A DNA stretch of 64,000 nt from Lentisphaeria bacterium (GCA_041690595.1 JAWLHB010000016.1:1-64000); one strand, 5' to 3'; positions 37,579 to 48,371 are shown, counted from the stretch's first letter. The notes: a model not told the origin generated them from the sequence alone. Made by a program: numbers and translations.

Positions 37579-40053
37579 ATGCGGAAGTCGATCCTGTGCC
37601 ACCTTCTTTTTGCCCTCATCCTGGCCACGCTGTTGTCAGCTTGCCGAACCCGTACCGTATCGCCCCCTCCACTGACCTTGATCGAGGGTGGAACCAGCCA
37701 GTGCGTCGTGGTTTATGACCAGACCAGCGCGGCGGAGAGCTTTGCGGTAAAAGAACTGAAGGAAATCATTCAAGGCACCACCGGTATCGAGCTGCGGGCC
37801 GTTGACCTTGCCTCGACCGATGCCGACACGACGGCTGCCCGCATCGTCGTTGGCCGCAACCCGTTGACCCGCAGGCTTCTGGGCGAGCGACTGATGAACG
37901 GCCTGCTGGATCAGGAATCTCTCGTGACGCGCCGCGGCAACGACCTCGTCCTGACCGGCGGTGACGACTGGGGCATGATCTATGCCGTCTACGACTTCGT
38001 GGAGAACGAGGCGGGATATCGCTGCTTCGCCCCGTACCCGGGCGGCGACTTCTTCCGCAAGACGGATTCCCTGCGCTTCTCTGGCCGCGAGACACGCACG
38101 AGACCCGCATTCCCCGGCTTCCGCATCTGCTACACCTCTCCCCTCATGAACCGCGAGACCATCAAGGACTTCGCCAGGTACAGCTTCCGCAACCGCGCGA
38201 CGCGGCTGGACTGGGAGAAATACGGCGAGGGCTCCTCGTTCGCCAACGACATCGGCCTGGTCGAACCCTACCAGCAGCACGTGCCCGGCCATGCGCTCTT
38301 CTATTACGTCCCGGCACATGACAAAACCTGGAGCTTCTGGCGCGGTAGCGGCAAGCCTGCCCTGAAAGGCCTCTTCAAGGAGCACCCCGAGTACTTCACC
38401 CTCAATGAGAAGGGCGAGCGCGTCGACAACGCCCAGCTCTGCTTCTCCAACCCGGAGCTGCGCAAGCTCTTCACCAAACGCGTCTTGGAAGCTGTCTCCG
38501 TCAAAGGACAAGGCGTCTACATGGTTGGCTCCAACGACTTCCACGGCGGCACCTATTGCTTCTGCCCAGGCTGCCTGAAGCTCCAGGAAAAGTACAACTG
38601 CACCGGCGGCCCACTCTGGGACTACATCCTCGAACTCTGCGGCCAACTGAAGGACGAGCACCCCGGCGTCTATATCACCTCCCTCGCCTACAAGGGCGAT
38701 ACCCAGACGGAGATCGCCCCGGACAACATCGTCTTCCCCGAAAACTTCATCTGCGACGCCGCCATCCTCAAGAGCGACCGGACGCTGAGCGAGTCGAAAC
38801 CCGTCGCCTTCGCCAACGGCCTGATCGTCAACAACTTCGACAGGCATCAGAACCTCAGGAAGTGGGTCAGTATCACCAGCCATGTCTCCTATTGGTACTA
38901 CGGCGGCGTCGCCCCCTATCAGGTCTACGCGCGCATGACCAGCGAAATGCGCGAGTTGCACGCCGCCGGGGTGAAGAGCGTCGGCTCCTGTGGGCTCGGC
39001 AGCTTCGAGTTCGGCGACATCACCACCTACCTCTACTTCCGCCTGTTGATCGACCCCGATCTCGACGCCACGGCCCTCGTCCGCGAGTTCGCCAAATGGA
39101 AGTACGGCGCCGCCGCCACAAAGATGCTGGCCATCATCGAAGAACTCGAGCAGATGCGCCGCGACAACCTCGACGACCGCTCCAAGGCCATGTTCGCTGA
39201 CGACGCCCACGACCGGATGACCTTCATCGAGCCGGAGCGGATCGTTCGGTGGCGCCACGACTTCGACGCCATGCTCGATCTCGTGAAGGACGCCCCAGTC
39301 CACGCCCGCAACGTCCGCATCGCCAGAACCGCCGTCGACTGCTGGACCATCATGACCCTGCCAAAGATCCAGCGCGAGTTCCCCGATGAAAAGATCGACC
39401 TCGCTGGCCTCCTCGCGCGCGGCCTCGCCAGCACCGCGGAAGCAGAACAGGCCGGCATGACCGCCAAGCGCTCCAATGGTGCGCTCCAGGTGCTCGGCGA
39501 TATGTCGCTCTATGCGGAATTGAAAGACGATTCGCTCCCTCCCGAACTGGCCGACCATCCGAAGACCAGCGTGCTCCGCTACCTGCCCATCCGCCCGCGT
39601 GCCTGGGCCGCCAACAAAGCCGCCCTTACCAAGGATCCGGACGCCGTCACCGGCTGGACCATGAAGGAGACGGTAGTCAACCCCGACCATGCGAAGGATG
39701 GCTGCCGCATCGAGTACTACGACGCCTTCGAGCGCAAGTGGCTGATGCAGGGGACGGCGATCGCCAAGGCCGATATCGTGCCCAACCAGTACAAACTCTA
39801 CAAGCTTATCACCAACCGCCTCCCCGCCCGCTGCCGCCTCGTCTTCTGTGGCTTGTGGGGCTCATCGCTCGACATCATGAATCTTGGCCGCTACTACGAC
39901 CCGTCGTACCACGAACGCCAGTACGAGATCTGGGCGAACGTGAAGCTGGAAGGCCCCCTCTTCGACCCGCACAGCACGGCCACGGAGAGCACCATTTCCT
40001 GCGATCAGCTCTTCCTCGTCAACGTCTCAACCGGAACCGCGGCATCGCCATGA
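37579..40053 (+). CDS. DUF4838-type lipoprotein
   Basis: Lipobox LLSA-C; GH67/GH20-like N-domain (LVLTGGDDWGMIYAVYDFVE..AGYR); HPEYF...QLCFSNPEL, CFCPGC, LAY, KYGAAA. Confidence 0.75.
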   Translation: MRKSILCHLLFALILATLLSACRTRTVSPPPLTLIEGGTSQCVVVYDQTSAAESFAVKELKEIIQGTTGIELRAVDLASTDADTTAARIVVGRNPLTRRLLGERLMNGLLDQESLVTRRGNDLVLTGGDDWGMIYAVYDFVENEAGYRCFAPYPGGDFFRKTDSLRFSGRETRTRPAFPGFRICYTSPLMNRETIKDFARYSFRNRATRLDWEKYGEGSSFANDIGLVEPYQQHVPGHALFYYVPAHDKTWSFWRGSGKPALKGLFKEHPEYFTLNEKGERVDNAQLCFSNPELRKLFTKRVLEAVSVKGQGVYMVGSNDFHGGTYCFCPGCLKLQEKYNCTGGPLWDYILELCGQLKDEHPGVYITSLAYKGDTQTEIAPDNIVFPENFICDAAILKSDRTLSESKPVAFANGLIVNNFDRHQNLRKWVSITSHVSYWYYGGVAPYQVYARMTSEMRELHAAGVKSVGSCGLGSFEFGDITTYLYFRLLIDPDLDATALVREFAKWKYGAAATKMLAIIEELEQMRRDNLDDRSKAMFADDAHDRMTFIEPERIVRWRHDFDAMLDLVKDAPVHARNVRIARTAVDCWTIMTLPKIQREFPDEKIDLAGLLARGLASTAEAEQAGMTAKRSNGALQVLGDMSLYAELKDDSLPPELADHPKTSVLRYLPIRPRAWAANKAALTKDPDAVTGWTMKETVVNPDHAKDGCRIEYYDAFERKWLMQGTAIAKADIVPNQYKLYKLITNRLPARCRLVFCGLWGSSLDIMNLGRYYDPSYHERQYEIWANVKLEGPLFDPHSTATESTISCDQLFLVNVSTGTAASP

Positions 40054-41378
40054 AACCCAATATCCTCTATCTGCACACCCACGACTGCGGGCGTTTCGTT
40101 TCGCCTTGCGGCTACGACATGCCAACACCGAACCTGATGAAGCTGGCCCGTGAAGGAGCCGTTTTCAGGCAGGCCTGCTGCACCTCGCCAACCTGCTCGC
40201 CGAGTCGCGCGGGCCTGCTCTTCGGCCAGTATGGCCACGTCAACGGCATGATGGGGCTGGCCTGGTCTGGGGACCAGTTCGAGCCCAGCGACTACAGCCA
40301 CCACCTGGTGCGGTTCCTCAAGCAGCAGGGCTATCAATGCGCGATGGCTGGCATTCACCACATCTCTCACGGCCTCAAGAACAAGATCGGCTACGACCGC
40401 GTGCTCGATCTCAACGAAGTGGGAACGCTGCCTGAGCAGGCCGACGAGGGCGTCACCAAAGAGCTGAGCATCCAGGATGCCGCCGCTCATTTCCTCCACG
40501 AAGACCACCAACGGCCCTTCTTCCTCTCCGTGGGCTTCGGCGCCCCCCACCGCTTCGGTGGTGACCGCCGCCTCTTCAACAGGGAGGCTGCCTACGTGCC
40601 AATCGATAGTGACGCGAGCAAATACGCCCGGCCGCTCCCCCTCTACCCGGACAATCCCATCTTTCGCAACGAGACGGCCAACTTCAAGGCTGGCGTCAAG
40701 ATCATGGACGACCAGTTCGCCGCTGTCCTTGATGCCCTTGAGGATTCCGGCCACAAGGACGACACGCTCGTTATCTGCACCACCGACCACGGTCCCGGCT
40801 TCCCCGGCATGAAGGCCAGCCTGACCGACTGGGGCATCGGCGTGTTCCTGCTCATGCGCGGCCCCGGCGTGCCGGCTGGAAAGGTGCTCGACGGTATGGT
40901 CAGCCACGTGGACATATTCCCCACTGTCGTGGAGTCCCTGGGCGCCGAACGGCCCGACTGGCTCCAAGGCGAATCCCTCTGGCCACTATTGCGAGGAGAC
41001 GTGGAGGAGATCCATAACGAGATCTTTGCCGAACAGGGCTACCACTGTGCGCCATGTCCGTTGCGCGCCATCCGCACAAAGCGCTACAAGCTCATTCGCA
41101 ACTATGCGCCCGAGCAGGGCGAGTACTCGCCCGACCGCGGACCCAGCCACGTCTATCTGCTTGAACACGGATACAACGAGCGGCCCTGCGACCCGTGGGC
41201 GCTCTACGATCTGCTCTTCGATCCCATGGAGCGCTGCAATCAGGCCGCCAATCCCGCCTACGCTGACGTCTTGGCTGACCTGAAGCAGAGGCTTGATCGG
41301 TTTATGCGAGAGACGAATGACCCTTTGGTGACGGGTGTATTGCCCCCCTCGCCTAAAATGTTGAAAGGTGACGCATGA
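40050..41378 (+). CDS. Formylglycine-dependent sulfatase (N-sulfoglucosamine sulfohydrolase-like); no signal peptide
   Basis: MKPNILYLHTHD, CSPSRA, APHR, TTDHG, LYDLLFDPMERCN; ATGA overlap. Confidence 0.9.
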   Translation: MKPNILYLHTHDCGRFVSPCGYDMPTPNLMKLAREGAVFRQACCTSPTCSPSRAGLLFGQYGHVNGMMGLAWSGDQFEPSDYSHHLVRFLKQQGYQCAMAGIHHISHGLKNKIGYDRVLDLNEVGTLPEQADEGVTKELSIQDAAAHFLHEDHQRPFFLSVGFGAPHRFGGDRRLFNREAAYVPIDSDASKYARPLPLYPDNPIFRNETANFKAGVKIMDDQFAAVLDALEDSGHKDDTLVICTTDHGPGFPGMKASLTDWGIGVFLLMRGPGVPAGKVLDGMVSHVDIFPTVVESLGAERPDWLQGESLWPLLRGDVEEIHNEIFAEQGYHCAPCPLRAIRTKRYKLIRNYAPEQGEYSPDRGPSHVYLLEHGYNERPCDPWALYDLLFDPMERCNQAANPAYADVLADLKQRLDRFMRETNDPLVTGVLPPSPKMLKGDA

Positions 41379-42814
41379 AGCTCCTGGAGCGAGAGTCGCT
41401 GCAACTGATCGGCAACCTGCGCACGCGCCACTCCCGCGATATCGCTTCGTCCCGGATCGGCGTCGGCTTCGAGTGCCTGGAGCGGGAGATGTGGGAAGAC
41501 ACGCCGCAGCTCTATCGCCTCGCCGGCGAGACCGGAGCCAAGCATGCCCGTGTCCAAACCGGCTGGTTCCGCTGCGAACGCGAACGGGGCACCTACCACT
41601 TCGATTGGCTGGAGGAGATCGTCGACAAGCTGCTGGCTCAGGGCATACATCCCTGGTTCAACCTCAGCTACGGCAATCCTCTCTACTGTTCTGGAGCCGA
41701 GAGCCCCGACTGCGCGGGCTTTCCACCGCTCTTCTCCCATGCCGCCCGCTCCGCCTGGTCCGCTTTCGTCGCTGCATTGGTCACCCACTTCAGCGGCAAA
41801 GTCACCCACTACGAGATCTGGAATGAACCCGACTGCTCCGGCTTCTGGCGCCACGGTCCCAATGCCGCCGAGTACATGGACCTGGTCACCCTTACCTCCC
41901 CCGTCATCCGCCAGACCGACCCAAAGGCCAAGGTCATCGGCGGCGCCCTCGGCCGCTCCATCGCTCACCTCAGCGCCTTCGAGATCGCCTGCCAGTACGC
42001 CCAACTCGGCATTGCCGCGTATATCGACGCCTTCTCCTTCCATCGTTATCACATCATGCCCGAACTCAGCCGCCCCGAGGACTACCGGCTGCTGCGCCGT
42101 CTCTTCAACGACCACGGCGGCGCCCATGTCGAGCTTTGGCAGGGCGAATCCGGCTGCCCGTCCAGAGCCGCCACCATCGAGGCGCTCAGCGACACCCCAG
42201 TGACCGAGGATATCCAGGCCAAAGTCGCGCTCAGGAGTATTGTCACTGACCTCGCCGCCGGCATCGACTACACCTGCTACTTCAGCTTTTCCGATTTCCG
42301 CTTCTACCACCGCAACGGTCTTCGCCGGAATCCCACCTATTTCGGACTGCTGACGACCGACGATCCCCCCCGCCCGAAGCCGGCATACCATGCCTTCCGC
42401 CACCTCTGCACACTTTTCGATGACGCCACTACTCCATGTGAGACGGCCAAGCTGGGGATCGAACTCGATCCCTTTCCCCCGGACGAGCGCTTCACCTTTC
42501 AGGAGCGGCAGATCCGTCTCAAAACCGCTCTCTTCCAGCGCCATGGCAGGCCCTTTGTCGCCTTCTGGGAGCCAGCCGCCCTCATTCCCGACGCTCCAGG
42601 CAACCCGCCCCATGAGCCCAAAGAAGTATTCCTCCAGCTCTGGACCTATGGTCAACAGATCGACCGACCTGTCGTGATCGATCCCATGACCGGCAACATC
42701 TTCGAGCCAGCGAAAATCGTCAAGACCTCCCCTCGGATCCTCGAATGTGGCCCCGTTCCGGTGAAAGACTATCCGATGCTGCTGGCGGATGCTGGAAGCG
42801 TGGAGTACACATAA
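41375..42814 (+). CDS. Clan GH-A glycoside hydrolase (GH39-like); no signal peptide
   Basis: ARVQTGW, YEIWNEPD (acid/base), SFHRY, LWQGESG (nucleophile), YFGLL, PKPAY. Confidence 0.75.
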   Translation: MKLLERESLQLIGNLRTRHSRDIASSRIGVGFECLEREMWEDTPQLYRLAGETGAKHARVQTGWFRCERERGTYHFDWLEEIVDKLLAQGIHPWFNLSYGNPLYCSGAESPDCAGFPPLFSHAARSAWSAFVAALVTHFSGKVTHYEIWNEPDCSGFWRHGPNAAEYMDLVTLTSPVIRQTDPKAKVIGGALGRSIAHLSAFEIACQYAQLGIAAYIDAFSFHRYHIMPELSRPEDYRLLRRLFNDHGGAHVELWQGESGCPSRAATIEALSDTPVTEDIQAKVALRSIVTDLAAGIDYTCYFSFSDFRFYHRNGLRRNPTYFGLLTTDDPPRPKPAYHAFRHLCTLFDDATTPCETAKLGIELDPFPPDERFTFQERQIRLKTALFQRHGRPFVAFWEPAALIPDAPGNPPHEPKEVFLQLWTYGQQIDRPVVIDPMTGNIFEPAKIVKTSPRILECGPVPVKDYPMLLADAGSVEYT

Positions 42815-42853
42815 CCAATCGTCGCCAACTCATCTTTCTGAGGTAGCTCCGAG

Positions 42854-45508
42854 GTGATCAGCTCGACATTCCCGTGCCATCTTCGCTGCGAGCACGCGGT
42901 GGATCCGCTTGGTATCAGTGAGCCGCGTCCCCGCTTGAGCTGGCAGCTCGATCCCGGCAGCGGCAACATCGCCCAGGCTGCCTATCGCATCCAGGTAGCG
43001 AAGGACGACACCTTTACCCAGCTCTGCTGGGACAGCGGCGATGTGCTGTCGGACTCTCAACGGCTCCGATACGATGGACCTCCGCTCACCATCCAGACAT
43101 CCTACCTCTGGCGTCTCCGCGTCCAGACGACCGATGGTCTGCTCTCCCCCTGGAGCAGCCTGGCTCGATTCGAGACTGGCTTCTTCACCATCGACGATTG
43201 GGAGAGCGACTGGTTCCCCTATCGGGGCGATCGACGCCGTGACTCCGCCAACCACCTGCGCCACGAGTTCAGCCTGCCAGCCGGCAAGACCATCGCCCGG
43301 GCAAGAGCCTGCATCGGCGCGACCTGTGGCTTCCACTACCAGGACTCCATGCGCATGAATCTCTACCAACTCCACCTCAACGGCGAGAAAGTCGGTCGGG
43401 ACCTCTACAATCCAGGCCAGCTCTCCGGCGCCCGGCGGCGAGCCCTCTACCGTACCTACGACATTGGGCCACTGGTCAATCCCGGCGCAAATGCCGTCGG
43501 TATCGTCTACGCCTCCGCCCGCATCAGCCTGCAACTCCTCGTCGACTTTACCGACGGTACCCGCTTTTCTCTCGCCACCGGCAGCCCTGGCTGGCAGTGG
43601 ACGGGAGCAGGTCCCTTCCTCCACCTCTGGTACAGAGACGAGGAGTCATTCGCCTATGGCGGTCGCGGTGAAGTCTACGATGCCCGGGAGGCCTTTATCG
43701 GTTGGGACAAGCCGGGCTTCGATGCCGCCGGCTGGAGCCTCTGCGGCGAGCTGACCCCCGATGAGCAACCCCCAGCCCCATGGCGGGGCTCTTTCATTGT
43801 CTCGCCGCCCGACATCCTCAAGGCTCAGATGCAGTCCGTGGAAGTCTCGGAGAGCCTGGCGCCCGCGTCGATCCAGACCCTCGCCGATGGCCGAACCATC
43901 GTCGATTTTGGCCAGGACTTCAACGGCCATGAACAGCTCCTCCTGAGCGGCCGGCGGGGGGACCGAATCGTGATGCGCTTCGGCGAGCGCCTGTACCCCG
44001 ACGGCACCCTGAATGCCACCACCACCTGGGGTTCCGCAAAGGAAGCCAGCACCCACGAAGACATCTACACCAAGTATTCCGACGAGCCGGAGATGTACGC
44101 GCCGACCTTCGCCAATCACAGCTTCCGCTACATGGAAATCAGCGGCTTGACCGAGCCCCTGGCCCCCGACGCCATCCGCGCCAATGTCGTCCACAGCACC
44201 GTCCTCAACGGCAGCACCTTCCACTGTTCAGACGAACGCGCCCAGCGACTCCACGAGATGTGCCTGTGGAGCTTCCGCTCCAACTTGATGTCGGTGCCCA
44301 CCGACTGCGCCGGCCGCGAGCGCCAGGGCTGGCTGAGCAGCGGCGCCCTTCCCGCCGCCGGTGAGTGCGCCAACTTCGACATGCGCCTCTTCTACGAGAA
44401 ATGGTTCGACGACATCGCCGATTCCCAGACCGGCAACGGGCAACTGCCGCTGATCTGTCCGAGCTGGCCGAACATGTCGCTGGGCGTGGACATGCTGCAG
44501 TACGCGCTCCTCTTCACGCTCCCCTGGGAGGCCTATATGGCATACGGCGACCACGCCTTCCTGCAGCAGCTCTATCCAACCCTCAAGCGCACCGCCGACT
44601 TCGTGCGTCGACTCCCCCTGCGCGACGGCCTGAGTCACGGACATGCCATCTGGAACGACTGGATGGCCGAACCTCCCATCAACGGCGACTACCTCGAAAA
44701 TGTCTGCGTCTGTTGGCTCCTGCGCTCCTTCGCGCGCCTCGCCAACGAGCTGGGCCTCACCCAGGACGCTCATGCCGCGAGCGCCGCCGCCGACGAACGG
44801 GCGACCGCCATCCACCACGCCTTCTTCGTCGGCGACAATCGCTATGGCGCCTGCAACCTGCAATCGGAGAACGCCTTTGCGCTCGCCGCCAACGTCGTTC
44901 CACCCTCGTACCGCGCTCAGGTTCAGGCCAGCCTGACTCGTGACCTGGAGGAGCGTGGCCACGTCACCACCGGCCCCTTCGGTCTCCTCCCGCTCCTGAG
45001 CGTCCTCGCGGAAATCGGCCGGAACGACATCGTCTGGAGCCTGATTCGGAGCGACCAGCCCCACACCATGGGCTATTGGCTCGATCCCGTCCACAAGCTG
45101 ACCGCCATCCCCGAGCACTGGAGCCGCTGGGACGCCAAGTTCGAGCACGCCAACCACCACGACTTCACCTCCTTCGACGTCTGGTTCTTCCGCGAGCTGG
45201 TCGGCCTGAAGCCTCTCTTGCCAGGCTACCAGGCCATCCGCTTCGATCCCTTTGTCCCACCCAACGTCGAGCATGCCGGCGCGACCATCATGTCACCCTA
45301 TGGTCGGCTCGAAGGCGCCTGGGATTGCGCCGGTGGTTCCCTCGACATGCACGTGACCATCCCGCCGAACACCACGGGAGAGATCCGCGTACCCATTCAG
45401 GACGGGCATGCTCTCATCGCCAACCCCGGCGAGATCCTGATCAGAGAGCCGAACCATATTATCTACAAGGTCAGCTCCGGCACCCACCACTTCCGTGGCG
45501 AGCGCTGA
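42854..45508 (+). CDS. GH78 alpha-L-rhamnosidase family protein
   Basis: LRCEH..DPLGI...PRLSW, WDSG, VDFGQDFNG, SFRYMEISG, PTDCAGRERQGW, WNDW, TTG.FG, SPYG, HVTIPPNT. Confidence 0.9.
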   Translation: MISSTFPCHLRCEHAVDPLGISEPRPRLSWQLDPGSGNIAQAAYRIQVAKDDTFTQLCWDSGDVLSDSQRLRYDGPPLTIQTSYLWRLRVQTTDGLLSPWSSLARFETGFFTIDDWESDWFPYRGDRRRDSANHLRHEFSLPAGKTIARARACIGATCGFHYQDSMRMNLYQLHLNGEKVGRDLYNPGQLSGARRRALYRTYDIGPLVNPGANAVGIVYASARISLQLLVDFTDGTRFSLATGSPGWQWTGAGPFLHLWYRDEESFAYGGRGEVYDAREAFIGWDKPGFDAAGWSLCGELTPDEQPPAPWRGSFIVSPPDILKAQMQSVEVSESLAPASIQTLADGRTIVDFGQDFNGHEQLLLSGRRGDRIVMRFGERLYPDGTLNATTTWGSAKEASTHEDIYTKYSDEPEMYAPTFANHSFRYMEISGLTEPLAPDAIRANVVHSTVLNGSTFHCSDERAQRLHEMCLWSFRSNLMSVPTDCAGRERQGWLSSGALPAAGECANFDMRLFYEKWFDDIADSQTGNGQLPLICPSWPNMSLGVDMLQYALLFTLPWEAYMAYGDHAFLQQLYPTLKRTADFVRRLPLRDGLSHGHAIWNDWMAEPPINGDYLENVCVCWLLRSFARLANELGLTQDAHAASAAADERATAIHHAFFVGDNRYGACNLQSENAFALAANVVPPSYRAQVQASLTRDLEERGHVTTGPFGLLPLLSVLAEIGRNDIVWSLIRSDQPHTMGYWLDPVHKLTAIPEHWSRWDAKFEHANHHDFTSFDVWFFRELVGLKPLLPGYQAIRFDPFVPPNVEHAGATIMSPYGRLEGAWDCAGGSLDMHVTIPPNTTGEIRVPIQDGHALIANPGEILIREPNHIIYKVSSGTHHFRGER

Positions 45509-45536
45509 CATCCCCTTCACCAAACTTGGAGACGCC

Positions 45537-46925
45537 ATGCCTGCAGCCAGACCGAACATCCTGATCATCCTCGACGACCAGCATCGCTGGGACTATATCG
45601 GCCACATGGGGGCCGCTTTCGTCAACACCCCCACTATCGACAGCATCGCCGAGCGCGGCGTCGCCTTCACCCAGTGCTGCACCAACTCGCCGATCTGCGC
45701 GCCGGCACGAATTGCGCTGGCCACCGGGCTCATGCCCACCCGCACCGGTTGTCTGACCAACGCCGATTGTCTCCCCATCTCCCTCCCCAATCACTACCGC
45801 CACTTCCGTGATCACGGCTATCGCGTGGAATTGGTGGGGCGTCACGACCTCTCCAAGCCGCGCGCCCCAGACAGCGTTCATGGCAATCGTCCGCTCAACT
45901 TCAGCTATGGCTTTACCCGCGCTCTCGAGATCGAAGGCGGCATGGCGGCTGCCCGCGACGTCACCTCCGCCGGCGGCAAGCCCACCGGACCTTACAGTCA
46001 GTACCTCGCCGAACGCGGACTCCTCGAGCGCTACTCGGAAGACTTCATGGCCCGTCGTTCCAAGGGCTGGATTATCGGCGCCAGCCACGACTCCGTGCTG
46101 GAGACGGAGGACCATCAGGACAGCTATGTCGGCACCCAGGCCGTCAAGCGCCTGGAACTCCTCGAGCATGACTTTCCATGGTTCATGTTCGTCAGCTTCC
46201 AAGGGCCGCATGACCCCTTCGATCCCCCCACCGAGTTCGCCGACCGATGCCGCCACCGCGCCATGCCACCACCTATACCCGCCGACAGCGCCGGCAAACC
46301 GGACAGAACCCGCCAACGCCAGACGGCATACGCCACCGCCACCGACGCGGACATCCTCCTTGCCCGGCGCCAGTATGCCGCCAAGATCGAACTGATCGAC
46401 ACCCAGATCGGCCGCATCCTCGCCGCCCTCGAACAACGCGGCGAACTCGACAACACCATCATCGTCTTTGCCAGCGATCACGGCGAGATGCTCGGCGACC
46501 ACGGTCTCTTCATCAAGCACGTCGCCTACGAGCCATCCATGCGGGTACCGCTCTGCCTCTGTGGTCCCGGCATTCAACCTGGCCGAAGCGATGCCCTGGT
46601 GGAGTTGTTCGACCTGAATCCCACCTTGGTCGAGCTGGCCGGCCTGCCGGCACAAGCTGGCCTGGACGCCAACTCCTTCGCCTCGGTCCTTCACTCTCCA
46701 GGCGAGGCGCACCGGGACCACTGCGTCACCGTGGAGCAAGGATATGCCGCCATTCGCACCGAGCGCTGGAAGTACATCGATACCTGGAACCAGCAGCCCG
46801 AGCTTTACGACCTCCAGGCCGATCCCGAGGAGCGCCACAACCTGCTCCCCGGCGCCGACGACCAAGCCGCCACCCTGGCTCGCCGGCTCACTGCCAGGCT
46901 GCGCATCTCGACCGGCGTGATGTGA
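45537..46925 (+). CDS. Formylglycine-dependent sulfatase (choline-sulfatase-like); no signal peptide
   Basis: RPNILIILDDQHR, CAPARIALATG, GPHDP, SDHGEMLGDHG, YEPSMRVPL, ELYDLQADPEE. Confidence 0.9.
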   Translation: MPAARPNILIILDDQHRWDYIGHMGAAFVNTPTIDSIAERGVAFTQCCTNSPICAPARIALATGLMPTRTGCLTNADCLPISLPNHYRHFRDHGYRVELVGRHDLSKPRAPDSVHGNRPLNFSYGFTRALEIEGGMAAARDVTSAGGKPTGPYSQYLAERGLLERYSEDFMARRSKGWIIGASHDSVLETEDHQDSYVGTQAVKRLELLEHDFPWFMFVSFQGPHDPFDPPTEFADRCRHRAMPPPIPADSAGKPDRTRQRQTAYATATDADILLARRQYAAKIELIDTQIGRILAALEQRGELDNTIIVFASDHGEMLGDHGLFIKHVAYEPSMRVPLCLCGPGIQPGRSDALVELFDLNPTLVELAGLPAQAGLDANSFASVLHSPGEAHRDHCVTVEQGYAAIRTERWKYIDTWNQQPELYDLQADPEERHNLLPGADDQAATLARRLTARLRISTGVM

Positions 46926-46957
46926 CTGGCGGCGCAACCCACAAAGAAAAGCTCGTC

Positions 46958-48262
46958 ATGATCGACACACCCATAGTCATGCCCACGCCCGTGCAACAAC
47001 AGTGGCAAGACCGCGAGCTGGGAATGTTCTTCCATTTTGATATTCCGGTCTACAAACAAGGCTGGAATTGGCGTAGTTGGAAGGATCTTCCCGACCCCGA
47101 TATCTACCAGCCAGACCGCTTGGATACGGACCAGTGGCTGGAAGCGGCGGTGGCCATGGGAGCCAGGTATGCGGTACTTGTCGCCAAGCACTGCAGCGGC
47201 TTTCTGCAGTGGCAGTCTGATCTCTACCCGTATGGCCTTCGCCAGTCCTCCTGGAGAGGCGGCAAGGGTGATCTCGTCGCCGACTTCGTCGAGTCCTGTC
47301 ACAAGTACGGCATCCAGCCCGGCCTCTATGCATCCGTCTCCGCCAACTGCTACCTGGGGGTGGAAAATCCGGGATTGGTCAACCACGGTAAGGGCGGCGA
47401 TGCTGAGTTGCAGCGCCAGTATGTGCGAATTTGCGAGCGGATGGCTGAGGAACTCTGGTCCCGTTACGGCGAGCTTTACGAGATCTGGTTCGACGGCGGC
47501 GCCATACCCGTCGATCAGGGTGGTCCGGACCTCATCCCGATTCTGGAGAAATACCAGCCAAACGCCCTTGTCTTCCAGGGCCCAACCGGCACCCGCAACA
47601 TGATCCGCTGGATCGGTAACGAACGCGGCGTTGCCCCCTATCCGCTCTGGAGCACCATTGACCAGAGCACCGCGGAAGGCGGCGACCGGGAGATGCTCCT
47701 CGCCGGCAAGCCCGAGGGCCGCCTCTGGATCCCCGGCGAATGCGATCTCCCCATCCGCAACCATGAGTGGTTCTGGAAGCCGGAGCAGGAACATCTCCTC
47801 TACTCCCTCGCCGACCTGATGGAGATCTACAACGCTTCGGTAGGTCGCAACTGCAACCTCCTGCTCAACGCCAATCCCGGCCCCGACGGCCTGATTCCCG
47901 CGGCTGACATGAAACGCTACGAAGAGTTTGGCCAGGAGATCCGCCGGTGTTTCGAGCGCCCCATTGCCAGCACCCACGGCGCAGGAAGTCAGGTTGAACT
48001 GGACCTCCGCCATCTCTGCGCGGTCAATCATGTCACCATCATGGAAGACATCGCTCTCGGTGAACGAATCCTCGACTACCAGATAGAAGGCCTCGACGCA
48101 GCCGGTCTCTGGCGAACACTCTGCACCGGTCAGTCCATTGGGCACAAGCGCATCTCGCCCTTCGCAACAGTCGCCATATCCAGAGTTCGACTGAACACCC
48201 TCGATGCCAAAGCCACACCCCAGATTCGCCAACTGGCCGCCCACTACATCCCCGATTCATAG
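46958..48262 (+). CDS. GH29 alpha-L-fucosidase with C-terminal F5/8-like domain; no signal peptide
   Basis: GMFFHF, AKHCSGF, EIWFDG, RWIGNERG, PGECD, WFW, SVGRNCNLLLN, IGHKRI. Start refined to ATG 46958. Confidence 0.9.
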   Translation: MIDTPIVMPTPVQQQWQDRELGMFFHFDIPVYKQGWNWRSWKDLPDPDIYQPDRLDTDQWLEAAVAMGARYAVLVAKHCSGFLQWQSDLYPYGLRQSSWRGGKGDLVADFVESCHKYGIQPGLYASVSANCYLGVENPGLVNHGKGGDAELQRQYVRICERMAEELWSRYGELYEIWFDGGAIPVDQGGPDLIPILEKYQPNALVFQGPTGTRNMIRWIGNERGVAPYPLWSTIDQSTAEGGDREMLLAGKPEGRLWIPGECDLPIRNHEWFWKPEQEHLLYSLADLMEIYNASVGRNCNLLLNANPGPDGLIPAADMKRYEEFGQEIRRCFERPIASTHGAGSQVELDLRHLCAVNHVTIMEDIALGERILDYQIEGLDAAGLWRTLCTGQSIGHKRISPFATVAISRVRLNTLDAKATPQIRQLAAHYIPDS

Positions 48263-48321
48263 CGACCACCAGGATCAGCCTCTTGCGCCGCGTCCCTCAG
48301 ATCCTTTTTCTATTTCCCCTC

Positions 48322-48349
48322 TTGCATTGAAGTGCTTTAAGGATAAACT
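48322..48349 (+). promoter_or_regulatory. Sigma70-like promoter with LacI-type operator in the spacer
   Basis: TTGCAT-N16-TAAACT; imperfect palindrome TTGAAGTGCTTTAA at 48327-48340. Confidence 0.5.
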
Positions 48350-48371
48350 GATAGATAAAGCGGAGAAAACC

